Shown: positions 27,043-41,049, counted from the first letter of the stretch. The stretch is DNA of 64,000 bases from Octopus vulgaris (GCA_951406725.2 OX597827.1:3410001-3474000), one strand, 5' to 3'. Made by a program: numbers and translations. Notes: a model not told the origin generated them from the sequence alone.

Positions 27043-27296
27043 TACACGCACACACACACAAACATATACATGCATATGTACACACACACCTATACAAGCA
27101 CACACAGATTATATATTCCCTCTATATTATATATACATTATGTATTTTATATATCATCATTTAACAATCCCTTTTACCATGGCTGGACTATTTATATAAA
27201 CCTTATATATTTTATGTACATCATAATTTTATACATACATGTGTGTTCTATATAATGTATGAATATATATGCATACACACACACACACACACACGC

Positions 27297-27328
<32 letters not shown>

Positions 27329-27648
27329 GTATAAACATACAATAAACCACACAGTGTAGATAATAAAAAATGAAGTCAATTTAGCTTCTTACATCCAAGT
27401 GAGTCTTAATTTTTAGATAATATATAGTGTTACAGAAACACAGCACACGGGATAAGACACTCCCAATTAGATATACTATACACATGAATGTGTGTTTGAG
27501 TGCATGTGAGTGTATATGTGCACACACACATATATATATATATATATATAAACACAAACAAATACACATATATAGTATACAGTAGCTCATACATATATAC
27601 ACATTTATTCATATATCTATCTATCTATCTATACACTCACATACAAGC

Positions 27649-27699
<51 letters not shown>

Positions 27700-27984
27700 T
27701 ATATGTTTGTGTGTGTGTTCACACACACATATAAACACATACGTGGACCCACTCATGTATCATACACACTTACATATCATAATTGGAGGATAGCTCTTCA
27801 TTTATGCATGTTTGGTGAAATACGTGACTAGAATGCGTGTTAACTGTTTTGTTATAGAACCATTCACTTGTTTTTTTACTTTACTAGATATTTTATACAT
27901 ACTTATGTACATACGCACATATATATACGTGTATGCACGCACAAACAGACATATCTCCATACACATATATGTGTGTGTTTGTGA

Positions 27985-28025
<41 letters not shown>

Positions 28026-30669
28026 TATATACACACATATATATATAGCGGGTTGGCACAAAAGCATAGTTAAGAAATAAGAAATGTAGGAGATTTTTTT
28101 CTCTGCCTAGAGAAGGAAATCAGTTGGAAAACTAAATACTCTATTCTAGCACCTTAAAATATCCCTCACCACTCCCTACCACCTTCAACTTCAATTATGG
28201 GAATGACATGTTCCTTGTCACTAAGCCAACTTTAGGAGAAAAATTGTATAACAAAAAATATAATATTAATAATAATAATAATAATGATAATAATAATAAT
28301 AATAATGATAATAATAATAATACACCACAGGGCATATGAATTATTAATTCTAAAGAAAATATGTGTATTGTGTATATGTATATGGCTACACATGCATGCA
28401 TGTGCATGAACATACATACACATGCACACGCATAGAAAATCTACTGTTAAAGCTACATAACTATATCACTAAGGGTCCAAGACTTTCGTGCATAGCAATA
28501 TGCATGAAATTAAAGTATATGCAGTTGTCTATGTGTGTGTGTGTATGCACGCACACGTGTGTGCATGTGTATCAGTTCATATATATATATATATATATAT
28601 TTATGTATGTATGTGTATACACACTAGTGCACCTATGGTTAAAGATATATTGATATATACATACACATATATATGCATACATATACACAAATGTATATAC
28701 TTATATACATAAGACAAATGCATCTGTAGGGGACCAGTTTTCTATGTTTTATCTTGCCTTTGTGTATACGTATCCCTTTATATGCACACACATACATATA
28801 TACATGTACATACATATAAATGCATGCACACACACACACACATACATACATATATATGCCCACATGCTTACATGTCTGCATTCATAGGCATATACACATG
28901 CATGCATGTACACACACACACCTATATATTTATATAACTTGGGTAAGATGAGGTCCCTTAACACAACTAGGTGAGCCTTACCTCTGAATACATGCTGAAT
29001 GCAACTGCGACATGCCCTCCAACCCATATCGGCATGGAAAGTGTTAGCAAAAGGAAGATTTTATCAATATATATTTACCCCCCCCCCCCAACACACACAC
29101 ACACGCACGCACACACACATTCAGAGCTCGGTGACAAGTGTGCAAATGTAAAATACAAAGATCTCTCAGTGCAAGTCAAGGATATGAAATATTTATACTG
29201 GCAATTTGATTTACACCTGCATTACTTAATGTTTCACCAAATGTAGAAGCAACAACCCTCATTCAGATGCTACACTTCTGACTCAGAAAACAATGACAAA
29301 CTTTAAAAATGGGTTGTAGCCATTGGATATGTAAATCTTGCTTCTCTTAATTAATTTGGGTCACATGATGGTCCTAGAAGTGCTGTACCAGTTGCTAGGA
29401 GCTAAAGAAAGATTGTTGATTAAGGACAACTCTAACATAGTACAAATGGGTCATTTCCTTTCTTATTTTATTAGAAAAGCAAGTAAAATTTCCATTATCA
29501 GGAGGTGTTAGGATGGGGTAAATGACCAACCCAGCTTAACATGGTGTATATTGAATAAGAATCTTCCTTATTCATTTGGCATCATCTGTGTGTCACTGAG
29601 AAATTCACATAATGCAACAACTCACTATATTCCTTAATAAAAAGACTGACTTTTCACGACGCTGTCAACAATGAAACTCATGGTCCTCTAATTTTTAGTC
29701 GCACAAATGTTAGTGAAATTTCTAATAAAAGCAAGGAAAACCATTTTTACCGAATGCATCAGAGCTTTATTCCATTCAGCAATCATTCAAGAAAACACAA
29801 CAACTGCTATAACATCGAGCAGACATATGAGTACAAGCTCCTTCACAAGACCAGAACTGACAAAATACAAACAAATTTTGTAAGTCATCCTTTAATAATC
29901 AACGTTCTTTATGACACATGGCAGCTTCAACACTTAAAACTACAGCATTTGGTCAGTCAGATACACTTTGATATCAGTAATGCAGGTCTATGTTACAAAT
30001 GTTTGTGTGTGTCTTGTGCATGTATATGTGCACACAGGTGTTCTTTGTATGTACAAATATACAATATACATGTGCTTACACACCTATATATATATATATA
30101 AAATCCTCTTGATTTAAAACCAGCTTGATAAGTTTCAAGGAATGGAATTCTCAGCCCTTGATTCAGTCTGTAACTTCTGATATTAATAAATAATATATAT
30201 ATATATTCCTGTTTGCATCACCAAAACTATACATATATATTATATATTGTAAAGAATAAAAAGTGTTGAATGGTACAACAATGCACTATAATACAAACAG
30301 TGGACTATGCACCTGTTGTAATTTAGTCATCCATAGTCTGATATGATATTTTGGAATGATATTCCTTCTTCAGATATTCTTAGATGGAGTCGCTGCTATA
30401 ATCGGTTTTCTAACGACTTTTCTTTTTCATTTTGTGGAAGCATCTCAGCAGTAGTCTCACGATGCTCCTTCCAGAATTCTTCATGAGAAATGTGTGAGGT
30501 TGGTCATGTCTCAATCTTTTGTGTGTTGGTACATCCGTAGCACTGCTTCCTTTATTTTTCCCTTTTTTTTTTTACTCTTCTCTTCCTTAGATCCATTCTA
30601 AATCGGATTAAGTACCCAAGACAACCAACTCACTGAACACTTAGAAAACCCAGCAACACCTGCTTCCTT

Positions 30670-31143
30670 AAAATACCCCATTTTAGTGAGAGGATAACTA
30701 CATCCCTCCGAAGAGCCATAAGAAGAGAAGGGCTAGACATACAACTAGCCCATTCTGGCCCCTCTCTGAGAGGACACCTCGCAAAGAAATGAGCAAGGGA
30801 CAGCAATCAATGCACACTAGCAAACTGTCCCATCTGTGACACAGATTTATGCCAACGGGTAAATGTTGTGTATAGAATACAATGTAACAAATGCAACAAG
30901 TTCTATGTGGGTAGCACAACAAGACTGTTACACGTCTGCATCAAAGAACATCTGAACACGAGAGCCTCTTCCTTCAGAAAACATTGAGACAGATGCCGGA
31001 ACACTGACAAAAGCGTAACAGTCACAATTGAGGCCAATGAAAGAAATTTGGGTAATTTAAGAATTAAGGAAGCTATACTCATACACAGACTAGGGCCCCA
31101 AATTAACAACAGGCTGGAGGTTAGTAATCAATACATTATTTAG
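30670..31143 (+). pseudogene. Penelope-like element linker and GIY-YIG endonuclease (in-frame stops)
   Basis: IPHFSERITTSLRRAIRREGLDIQLAH..CTLANCPICDTDLCQRVNVVYRIQCNKCNKFYVGSTTRLLHVCIKEH..LRIKEAILIHRLGPQINNR. Confidence 0.9.
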
Positions 31144-31444
31144 ATACATCTGGATGCGTGTAGGTTCACTTTTGATAATATGCTCATCTGTAGTTTATAA
31201 CAAAATAAAAAAAGAAGAGTAAAAAAAAAAGAAGGGGGAAAAAAGGAAGCTGCACATTTAATACGTAACTTAGAAGCAGCGCTATGGATGTACCAGCGCA
31301 CACGAGATTGAGACATCGGCGACCTCACACACTTCTCATGAGGAATTCTGGAAGGAGCATCATGAAACCACTGCTGAGATGCTTCCACAAAATGAAAAAG
31401 AAAAGCCGTTAGAAAACCGATTATAGCAGCAACACCATCTAAGA

Positions 31445-31481
31445 ATATCTGAAGAAGGAAAATTATTCTGAAATATTATAT
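31445..31481 (+). ncRNA. Minimal hammerhead ribozyme relic in the PLE pLTR (mirror copy at 30341-30377, minus strand)
   Basis: ATAT-CTGAAGA-A-GGAA..TTCT-GAAA-TA-TT-ATAT; mirror copy ATAT-CTGAAGA-A-GGAAT-atc-ATTCC-aAAA-TA-TC-ATAT. Confidence 0.65.
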
Positions 31482-32224
31482 GGATGACTAAATTACAACA
31501 GGTATACACAGCCCATTGTTTATATCATAGTGCATTGTTGTACCATTCAACACTTTTTATTCTTTTCAAACAACACACAATGCTTCAAGTGAACTACAAT
31601 ACTCTCCTATATTATATATTATTTTGGTTGAGTTTCATCTGTTGGTGCACAGGATCTTCAGGCAAGTTATGACTGAAAATTGCAAAAACTGACTGAACCA
31701 AAATAAAATGTATTATCAATCTCCAGTATGGTACTAAGTACTCTCTTTCCGGTAGTTAACATTGAATGTATGTGTGTGTGTCTATAAGTACACACAGATA
31801 TCAACTTTACTCAGTATGGAAATATGTATGCAGACACACAATCATTTTGTGGCAGCAGTAATATTGACTAATGAATGAATACATTCAAGTTTCCTAGGTG
31901 GCTTGCAGGAGTGAATGCATATTGGTGTTCTGATTGGTTGTTAAGCATGTATTAAGCATCTGGCAATCTTAATGCAGAATATTTTTCAATAAGTAGTTAC
32001 AACAGTAACTAGGTAACCAGAAGTGATACACCGCATTTGTATGTGTGTGTATATATATGTTTATATGTGTTTGTATATACACATGTACACGCATGCATGC
32101 ACACACACACACACTGAGCAAGAGATAAGTTAAGTTCGAAAGAATATATGTCCAGCCACTTAGAATAAAGAAATCAAAGGTTAGTCATACATACACACAC
32201 ACATTATATATATATATATATATA

Positions 32225-32307
32225 TAAGGTTTGATTTATATATGCATATACAAAAACATACATAAATACATGTATACATGTATCTACATGTAGTGTGTGT
32301 GTAATAT

Positions 32308-32365
<58 letters not shown>

Positions 32366-32434
32366 CACACACATTACATGAACATACATGTATATATGTA
32401 TGCTTTTGTATATGCATATATAAATCAAACCTTA
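32225..32434. repeat. Inverted duplication (~80 bp arms) around a (CA)n(TA)n spacer
   Basis: taaggtttgatttatatatgcatatacaaaa... / ...ttttgtatatgcatatataaatcaaacctta. Confidence 0.85.
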
Positions 32435-33016
32435 CACCACAAAAATAAAAGTTGAAAGTGGATTCAGCTTCGTTGTTGATCGAAATTGTAGAAGCATGGA
32501 ATATTCAATAATGATTTGGTAATGGACTCCCTTTGATATGATCTTTCAATTCCATTTCGGAATTGATGGCAGCATTGGAAGACAAACTGACTAAATGCTT
32601 TACTGCATTTAAATATTCCCTCCATGTTTAGAGTTCCTATCCGATTGGTGTCACTTAGCTTTTTATCCCTGCTGTTGCGAGGAAGGAAATCAATGAAATG
32701 AATCGTAGCAATAATATTCCTATATTAGGATCAATTTAATTGACTGCAGTTCTCTTTTAATAAATTTGCTGCCTAAGCTGTAATAGAAATTATTATTGAC
32801 TAAACCATTATTATTATGCAAATGTCTAAATACCTTAAAAATTATTTATTTTCCTTCATCTTTGTTTTCATCAAATCTTGCTAAAAATTAGCTTTGTCTC
32901 ACATCCGGCTATCCAAAGTACTGGTATCTTGAATAGATTCACTGGAAAGTTCTCCAGGGAACACATGAGTCTAGAAGTCCCCAGTACTAAGCAATATATA
33001 TGCAGTTGCTGCTGCT

Positions 33017-33351
33017 GAGACCCCCTTCGGTCATGACTGACCATGGGATTTCACCTAGAAAGTTACCCTCCCAGGCACAAGTCCGGGCAAGGTTGTTTAT
33101 AGAAGACCAGCAGTCGCCCATGCATACCAGCATCCCCTCTCCATGCACCAGTGTTATCCAAGGGAAAGGCAAAGGCCGATACAGCTTGGCACCTGTGACG
33201 TCGCAACTCATTTCTACAGCTGAGTGAACTGGAGCAACGTGAAATAAAGTGTCTTGCTCAAGAACACAACACGCAGCCCGGTCCAGGATTCGAACTCACA
33301 ACCTCACAATCGTAAACTCAATTCTCTAACCACTGAGCCATACGCCTTCAC
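33017..33351 (-). mobile_element. tRNA-derived SINE family 3, full length
   Basis: Minus-strand head gtgaaggcgtatggctcagtggttagag...gagttcgaatcc (A/B boxes), ttcttgagcaagacacttt core; partial copy at 40147-40389. Confidence 0.88.
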
Positions 33352-34007
33352 ATATATGCAGTAGTTGTGTATATAATGATCCCTGAACATTACTTTGCTC
33401 CAGAACCTTTAACACTGTTATGATGGCCCTGATCCAGGATTTATAGAAGGAGTACCAGTAATTACTGTACATCATTCAATTGATTTACATCTCTTTCAAC
33501 AATTCATGTCTGTGTACAAATACACTCACACACACACACACACACACATGTATATAAGGGTGTCATTATCATTTCTTAAAAACTTTTTGATAGCCAAGAC
33601 TACTCCTGTTTCTATGATACAGACTTCCTGATCTAAAATGATATAAATTAAAACCTTACTTTGAAATTTCAGGTTAATTCATATTCCAAACATCAGCCTA
33701 ATAATGACAAAGTCAATTTTACTGAACTCTTCATTATTTTCCAAGTTAATTGCAATGAAGGCAATGTATTTTATTTGATATATGATAATGAAAGAGTGAA
33801 TTAGAACATTTTGTTATTACGTAGTATCAAACAATTTCCCTTTTGTGACCCTGTCACTGAAACAATTTCACTGTAGTTCCAGATGTAATGGAAATGAGCA
33901 GTAATAAGGACATAGAAACGTGAACAAAACTTTGTATTACTACATAAAAGTTATACTAATAATAGATCAACAAAAACTCATTATTATTATTATTATTATC
34001 ATTATTA

Positions 34008-34215
34008 AGGTGGCAAGCTGACAGACCCATTAGCAAGCTAAACAAAATATTTTGTCCAGCTTTATGTTCTAGGTTCAAATTCTGCCAAGGCTGGCTTTGC
34101 CTTTCATGCTTTTTGGAGTTGATAAAATAAGTAGCAGTTGAGCACCGAGGAAGATGTAGACAACTAGTTCCCTTCCCCAAAATTTTAAGCATCATGCCTA
34201 TAGTAGAAAGGATTA
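34008..34215 (+). mobile_element. SINE family 2, degenerate
   Basis: aaggtggcaagctgacag...ggttcaaattctgccaagg..ctttgcctttcat. Confidence 0.7.
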
Positions 34216-34330
34216 TAAGTATTATTATTTTAGTCAGAGTAGTAGCACAACTGTGATAGTAGTTTTAACTGAAACAGTATAGGCATCCAAAAGAAATGGT
34301 GGTGATGTTGGGGACTGTTTTTATATTCTA

Positions 34331-35815
34331 CTAGCAGAATTGCCCGGCGTTGCTCGGGGCTGAATTGCTTGAAAGTACTGTTAATGATTGCACTGAATTA
34401 TGATGATTATTCAGGCAAATATTGAAATAAGCTTACGGTGGGAGATAAGGACTTAACGCCAAACGTGTGCCATTGCATTGTTTTGGGGGAACCAAATTTC
34501 TGATGAGCATTATAGGGGCACTAACTTTAAGTTTGAGAAAGTGTGGTGGTAGTCCGGGGTGCTCAAAGGAATTGAGTACCTCTATTGGATAGTTGATGAC
34601 GTCCTCTGGGTCAGGAGTTGTATCGATAGACTGATATACATCGACTTCCCCAGGAATGAGTTTTAGCATTTCATCATTAATATGGTGAACAGTTTTATTC
34701 CTCGGGGCCAGTATAGCCTTTTTGCCAATCCAATCCATATTCTGATAATTAGCTTGTAAATCTGGGAACACTGCATCTCTGAGATCAGAAGGCGTCTTAA
34801 CAATGGTACAAATGGAATCGATGGCAATATTACCATTTTCATCCCCTGGTATTTTGCCTTCGCCAAGTGCAAGGAGAGTGTGAGGAAATGCTGGTGATGT
34901 GATATTACGTCGCATATGAGCACGCATATTGGTATGAAGTTTGAGAGTTACTTCCGTTTATTTTTAAAAATATGCATTAAAATGGAAAAAAATGATGGTA
35001 AATTATTTGTAAAATCATAGACTCATCGTAGACGCGCGCTAATACCCAGAAGGGCTCGATATGAATCACGACTATAAGATACCCGGTTTTGGTTAAACTG
35101 CATCGCAAAATGTGGGAGTAGTTAGGAATCTAAATCGGAGTAGACAGACACACAACCTTTCTTTTATATATAAATACATACACACACACACACACACACA
35201 CATACATGCATACATACATATACACATAAACCGAGTAAAAAATTTCAGTTATCTCTCTCTTTCACACATTACTCTCTCTGTCTCTTCACACACACTAACA
35301 GAAGCACTTCACTTACACAACATACTGTCTGTCTCCCACACTCCATCAAACACACACACACACACACATGTACATCAATGAGTCCCATGCACGGTAACTT
35401 CAAAGGAACTTCCCTCGTCATACAATCGCTTTCTCTTAGTCTCTTTCGCTCTCATTACTTATGTAAAAAAATAAAAGTTTTTTCTATGTGTGTAAAGAGG
35501 AAGTGGGAGGCAGAGTGAAAGAATCACTCACTACAGTAAGTGAATTACTTTCATTTTATTCCTTGCCCACTGTGTGTGTGCGTTTGCGTGTGGTGTAAAC
35601 CAGACTAAGAAAAGCATTTGACACACACACCAGAATGTGAGTTTTCTGTAAATTTTGCTTAATTGGAGTTAAAATTTTAAAAACTGGACCTGGCATGACG
35701 CGATGCATTGTACTCTTAAAACTGCTAGGTAAATTGTAATTGAAGAAATCCTATATTGTAGATTTGTATAACTCCCAAAGGGAGGCAGATAAAATCTGCC
35801 TTTTATAATAAGAGA
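34331..35815 (-). mobile_element. Non-autonomous Helitron with a helicase fragment
   Basis: Minus strand A^TCTCTTATTATAAAA at 35815; CCCGagcaacgcCGGG hairpin then CTAG^T at 34331. Confidence 0.9.
34445..34950 (-). pseudogene. Helitron PIF1 helicase internal fragment
   Basis: LKLHTNMRAH..FPHTLLALGEG..VFPDL..WIGKKAILAPRN..INDEMLKLIPGE..YQSID..YPIEVLNS..GLPPHFLKLKVSAPIMLIRNL..CNGTRL. Confidence 0.93.
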
Positions 35816-35821
35816 TAATAT

Positions 35822-36032
35822 TGGTTTCAAAGTTTAGCATAAAGTCAGTAATTTCAGGACAGGGGTAAGTTGATTACATCAACCCCAGATTTCGACTGGT
35901 ACTACTTTTATCAACCCCAAGAGGTTGGAAGGCAAAGTTGACCTCAGCAGAATTTGAACTCAAAACATAAAAGACAGACGAAGAGCCACTAAGTATTCTG
36001 CCTGGTATGCGAATGTGTCTTCCAGCTCAACA
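35822..36032 (-). mobile_element. SINE family 2
   Basis: ggcaaagttgacctcagcagaatttgaactc; colinear with 50090-50250. Confidence 0.75.
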
Positions 36033-37540
36033 ACTTGTTTATATTCTTTTATGTTAGACATTGTAAGCACCAATTTGAGATAATAAAGCACTCTCCTCTA
36101 CCCGACCCCACAGGCAGGATTTTAACAACATTCCCGTCACTTGCTAGGCAACCATGTTACTGATTACACTACAGAGCTCCTGCCATTCCATTTTCTCCGA
36201 TTCAGTATTATTAAACATTGTTGTCCCTTTAAAACTGTAGTGAGCCCTGGGACTCACAAGGCCAGACCATAACCCAGTTTCCATGGTGTTTATAAGTGAC
36301 CATGCCCACAACACATCCCCTTGAACAGGTTCAATTCCCCAGCTGTTGCCAGAACTCGTTTTCAGCTGAGTGAACTGGAGTAATATGAAATGAAGTGTCC
36401 TGCTCAAGAATACAATGTACAGCCCATCCTGGGAATCAAAAACTACAATCTTACAATCGTGAGTGCAACATCCTAACCACTAGGCCACTCATTTTCACTT
36501 GTTCAAACTGTACTTATTTCATCTCCACAACGTAATAATTCTTTGATCATTTAACACAAGCAGTTAATTTATAATAATTTTTATTATATCGTAATCTGGC
36601 ATTGTGATCTTACAGAGGGAAGAAGAACATTTAGCACCATTACTCATCCTCCAAATCGGCAGTTCCTTTTTTTGTTGTTGTGTCAAGGGACCTTTAATCA
36701 CACTGTCTTGATAGTGTTAATATATCATTCATTTTATATTCAGTTTATGATCAACCCATTGTGTGTGTGTGTGTGTGTGTATGTAACAACAATATATGAA
36801 ACAAAGTAATTCAATTATTATTATTATTATTATTAGATAATGGCAATGATGAAAGTGGTAGTATGGAGAATGAGGGTGAAACAGTTGATAGTGAAGTGTT
36901 TTTTTTGGGGTTTTTTTTCAGTCTGCTACTCTGCACAAAACATTCTTCACTTTCAAATATAAGGTGAGGGTTAAAATAAAGAAAGAATATGTCTTTCCTT
37001 CAGATTTTTACATGAAATGGTAAATGAGGTCGGAAACAATTTGAAGTGGGTAAATAATTATCTGATTCTCTGGTATTTTTTTCCTACAGCCATGAGTAAA
37101 CAGACTATTTGTCTGGAATAAAAGGGGGATTTGTCTGGAGTAGAGAATTAGTTGATGCCTTTTGAGATAGGGGAGAAGAAATCTGTTGTTGCTAGTCAAA
37201 GCATGGGACCCTAATTTATTTATCTGTGGCATATAAATGCATGAATATGTATCAGTTGGACCACATTTTAGATTTATTCCTTTATACGGCATTCTTTTGA
37301 ATTTTGGAGAAGTGTATGGCAATTGCATTTTCAATGAAACACTTGTCTCTTTGTTAATCATGTGGAAAAATTCAAAGAATTTATCATTAACATTGTTATT
37401 ATTATGTTAGTGTATTGTTAGTTTTGCTGTTAATGGAATTGTAAAGAAATCTCAATTGGTACCTGGAAACATATACGACGACTTTGGAACTTTGAGAATA
37501 GCATGGACTTGGATATATATATATATATACAGGATTGCTG

Positions 37541-37827
37541 TTATTGATAAGGAACTTTTGGTACAGCTGGCAAAGGCTTCGCATAAGATGTAAAACTATT
37601 TCGCATTGGTAGATTCCATGGTTGTGGTAATAAACTAGGGCTGGCACTGGTTACTCTTGTAGACTTTAGATCAATAACATCATTGCATGTTGTGTTCTGA
37701 TTGACATTAGCTGTCTTCTGCAAATTTCCAGACGTTGTACTGCTTAAGTTCTTAGGTCTGTTAAGGGTAAGTGGTGTGGACTTTTTAATTGTTTTCGGGA
37801 CCAGTTCTGTTTGGCAAGATTTCGTAC
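37541..37827 (-). CDS. Terminal coding exon of a probable protocadherin (cytoplasmic tail)
   Basis: Polypyrimidine tract and acceptor ttttcttctctacataaattctccag|GTACG; phase 1; (G)TKSCQTELVPKTIKK...SLLPQPWNLPMRNSFTSYAKPLPAVPKVPYQ*; complex non-repeat sequence; phase matches exon 59539-59692. Confidence 0.75.
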
Positions 37828-38296
37828 CTGGAGAATTTATGTAGAGAAGAAAAAAAAAAAATAATAATAAGGTCTTAATTTGCAAATAAATAGATAATAG
37901 TAAGTAAATAAATATAGAAAAAGCAAACAAAATTTTTTTTTACAAAACAGAAAAGCAGACAGCCAACAAAAAGATCTAAAGGATGATGATGATGATGATG
38001 ATGATGGTGAGGAGGAGAAGGAGGAGGAAGAGGACAATAATAGTGAAAACAGCAATAGTAATAGCAACATTAACAACAACAAGGGAAACGAGTGATGTTT
38101 TGAAGAATCTGTGATAAAATCTTATGGGATGGATTTGCCGTGTCAGCCAAACCAATAAGATGAAGCTGAAGGATCAAACCACAGCCAAAGACAGAAACAA
38201 AAGAAAAATTAGTTTTATCGGTTAATTCTACCCAAAATGTTAAGTAAAGATGTAACTACCCACCAATATAGACCAGCAAGTATTTTTGGGTGGAGA

Positions 38297-38459
38297 CACT
38301 AGCATAGCTGGGACATAAGGGCAGTCCGCCTTATGTGACAGATTTAAAGGGATGGTACTTTTGAGTCTCCTGTAGGAAATGTGTGGGTTTTTTGTGGGGT
38401 CTGGCAAGTAGCAAATGGAAGGGCTGCCCTGGGTGTCACACACTGTAGCTACGCTAGTG
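38297..38459. mobile_element. hAT-type MITE
   Basis: TIRs CACTAGCATAGCT / AGCTACGCTAGTG; 8-bp flanks ggtggaga / gatggaga (7 of 8 match, TSD). Confidence 0.75.
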
Positions 38460-40146
38460 GATGGAGAAAAGGGACATCATCATCACCATCATCATCATTT
38501 AGTGCCAGTTTTCTATGCTGGCATGGATTGGATGATTTGACAGATGTGGTGAACCATGGGGATACATCCCACTTTGATTACAGCTTTAGAACAGTTTCCA
38601 AGGCTAAATATATTTCCAAATGCCATCCACTTTACAATGTGTAGTGGGGGATTTTTTTTTCTTGCCACCCGAAATCACTAATGAGGGTGACAAGTAACTT
38701 TGAAGATATAAAAAGTAACAAGAAAAGGAAAAAATGAAAAAGCACCTCCATTTCTAAGTATGATCGAAGGACTAGTCAGGTGTCTTGCTACAAAGAAGGT
38801 GCATGGTTTATCTGCATTACATAAGGGTGGAAGCAGCTGTGAAAATGATAACAGTGAGGGTGTGCCAGAGCAAACCCTCAAGAAGCAAAGAGGTGAGCAT
38901 AAGGCAGGACAGAGACAATGGATCAGAGGTTGATGGAATTCACTCTACTTTACCCTGAAGTGACAGGAATTTATAAATCAAAATGCAGTACTGTGCAATT
39001 GATGCAAATTTCATTACTCTGTAATGAATTAGTTACAGATGAGACCATTGGTTTTTAATAAGGGCTTCATTTAAAAAAGGTGGAATGAAAACTAATTCTG
39101 AGGTAGTAAAACATTACATGAAACAACAGAATCATATTTAAAGGCTAGTGTAAACATTCACTTGACTGAAGTTGGGTAATATACTCTTAACACATACTCT
39201 TGATACAAACCCACAAGATCACTGTTCTAAACTGTTCTAAAGCTGTAATCAAAGTGGGATGTATACCCATGGTTCACCACAAGATCACCTCTGGTTTTAT
39301 GATAGAAACTTTCAGTAACTTCTACATCTTTCATTATTTTAAAAATTAATTGAATCAAAGGCAACGTATGTCAACAGAAATATCATAACAAAAGGGTTAA
39401 CAATGATCATTTTATATCTTATAGTTGAAATGCAAAATCTACTACAGATACTAGCATTGCATAACAAATGAGAGAGTTCCTACAGGAGAGCTCAATATGC
39501 TAGAAATAGCAGCAATATCTTCTTCAAATCAAACACTTTAATATTAATAGTAAACTACTGCTGAAATTAAAAAATTGCCATAGTCATATTTAGATGACTT
39601 TTGGTCATAAATCTGTTTGATAGGGGTTGACTTGCAGCTAGACAAAAAAAAAAAAAAAGGTTGTGGCCAGGAAATAAGCGCTGTAGAGGATGGATTAAGG
39701 TTTCTTTTACAATACTGACCATCAACAATATGATAAATACCACAAGGCAAACACTGAACATTCTATTCTAGGTTCTTTTTAATCTTTATGCTAAAAAAAG
39801 GTAAAGCAATGATTTATTGATATTTTTCAGAAACATACATGCATATTGGAGGGTGTGTGCCCACCTACCTATCTGTCTTTCTATCTCACTTCCTCTCTCT
39901 GTCACTATGTATATATATGAATATCATTGCCCTCATCATCATTTTAAAGTTCATATTTTCCTGCGTGCATGGGCCAGATGAAACTAGTTGCGGAAGGTTC
40001 TACAGTCAAATTCTTTTGTCCCTAATAGCTTGCCTGTTTCCATGTAAGGTAACATTTTCTCAATCCATTCAAACATGGACAGCACAGTGGCCAAATACAT
40101 TTCCACAGATGTTTGCAAATGAATGACACATCTAGGGTAAAGGGTA

Positions 40147-40389
40147 AAGACCCCTTTGGTCATGAATAATCATGGGATTACATTTAGAAAGGTTCCCTTC
40201 AAGGCACAAGTCTGGGCGAGGTTGTTTATGGAAGACCAGCAGTCGCCCCTGCATACCAGCCTCCCTTCTCCAAGCTGCTGTTATCCAAGAGAAAGGCAAA
40301 GGCTGATGCAGCTTGGCACCCGTGACATCGCAACTCATTTCTACAGCTGAGGGAACTGGAACACTGTGAAATAAAGTGTCTTGCCCAAG
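40147..40389 (-). mobile_element. SINE family 3, lacking its head
   Basis: Colinear with 33017-33262. Confidence 0.85.
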
Positions 40390-41049
40390 ATGATGATGAT
40401 GATGATATATATATATATATCTTTATACATTCCATCCAACCCATGCCAGCATGGAATACCGATGATGATATTGATGATATATATATATATATATATACAT
40501 ACATAAATATGTGCACACACACATATACACACATACACAAACATACACACACACACTGGCTTATTAATATTCAGATATGAAAATTATAAAAACTCATACT
40601 CAACATTAATAAATTTCCACATGACATCATCCACTTTCTTAATATATATTTACAAAAAAAAAAATAAAATAAATGACAAGTCCAGTTTGTTTGTTTTTAG
40701 CCAATAGAATCATCCATATTATTTGTCTTTAAATTCAAATGGTTTCCGTACAATTCTGTAAAGCCTGACTAATGAAGTTATGAAGTGATGTGTTTTCTTC
40801 AATTACGATTAGTGTTGATGTGAATTACATCTTTGAGAATGTGTGTGATCCAATAAAAAATCTTAGAGAGGATATGTTAAAAAATAAAAGTACATGTTTA
40901 ATATTAGAATCATAAGAAGATGAAGAAGATATTGCAAGAGAATACTGTCAGACCTCTAAATTGACAAACAGAAACATGGCTTTATTCAATTAAGAACTTA
41001 AAACTGCAAACAAAGTTGGATATCGATAGTCATTAATGATATTATTGTC

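Larger units (their letters stand above)
30250..31566 (+). mobile_element. 5'-truncated Penelope-like element with inverted terminal (pLTR) repeats
   Basis: 30250-30580 is the reverse complement of ~31210-31566; a GIY-YIG coding fragment lies between them. Confidence 0.9.

Noticed and set aside
37008-37361. 117-aa minus-strand ORF downstream of the terminal exon
   Set aside because: It lies after the stop codon, has no recognisable motif, and is most likely 3' UTR
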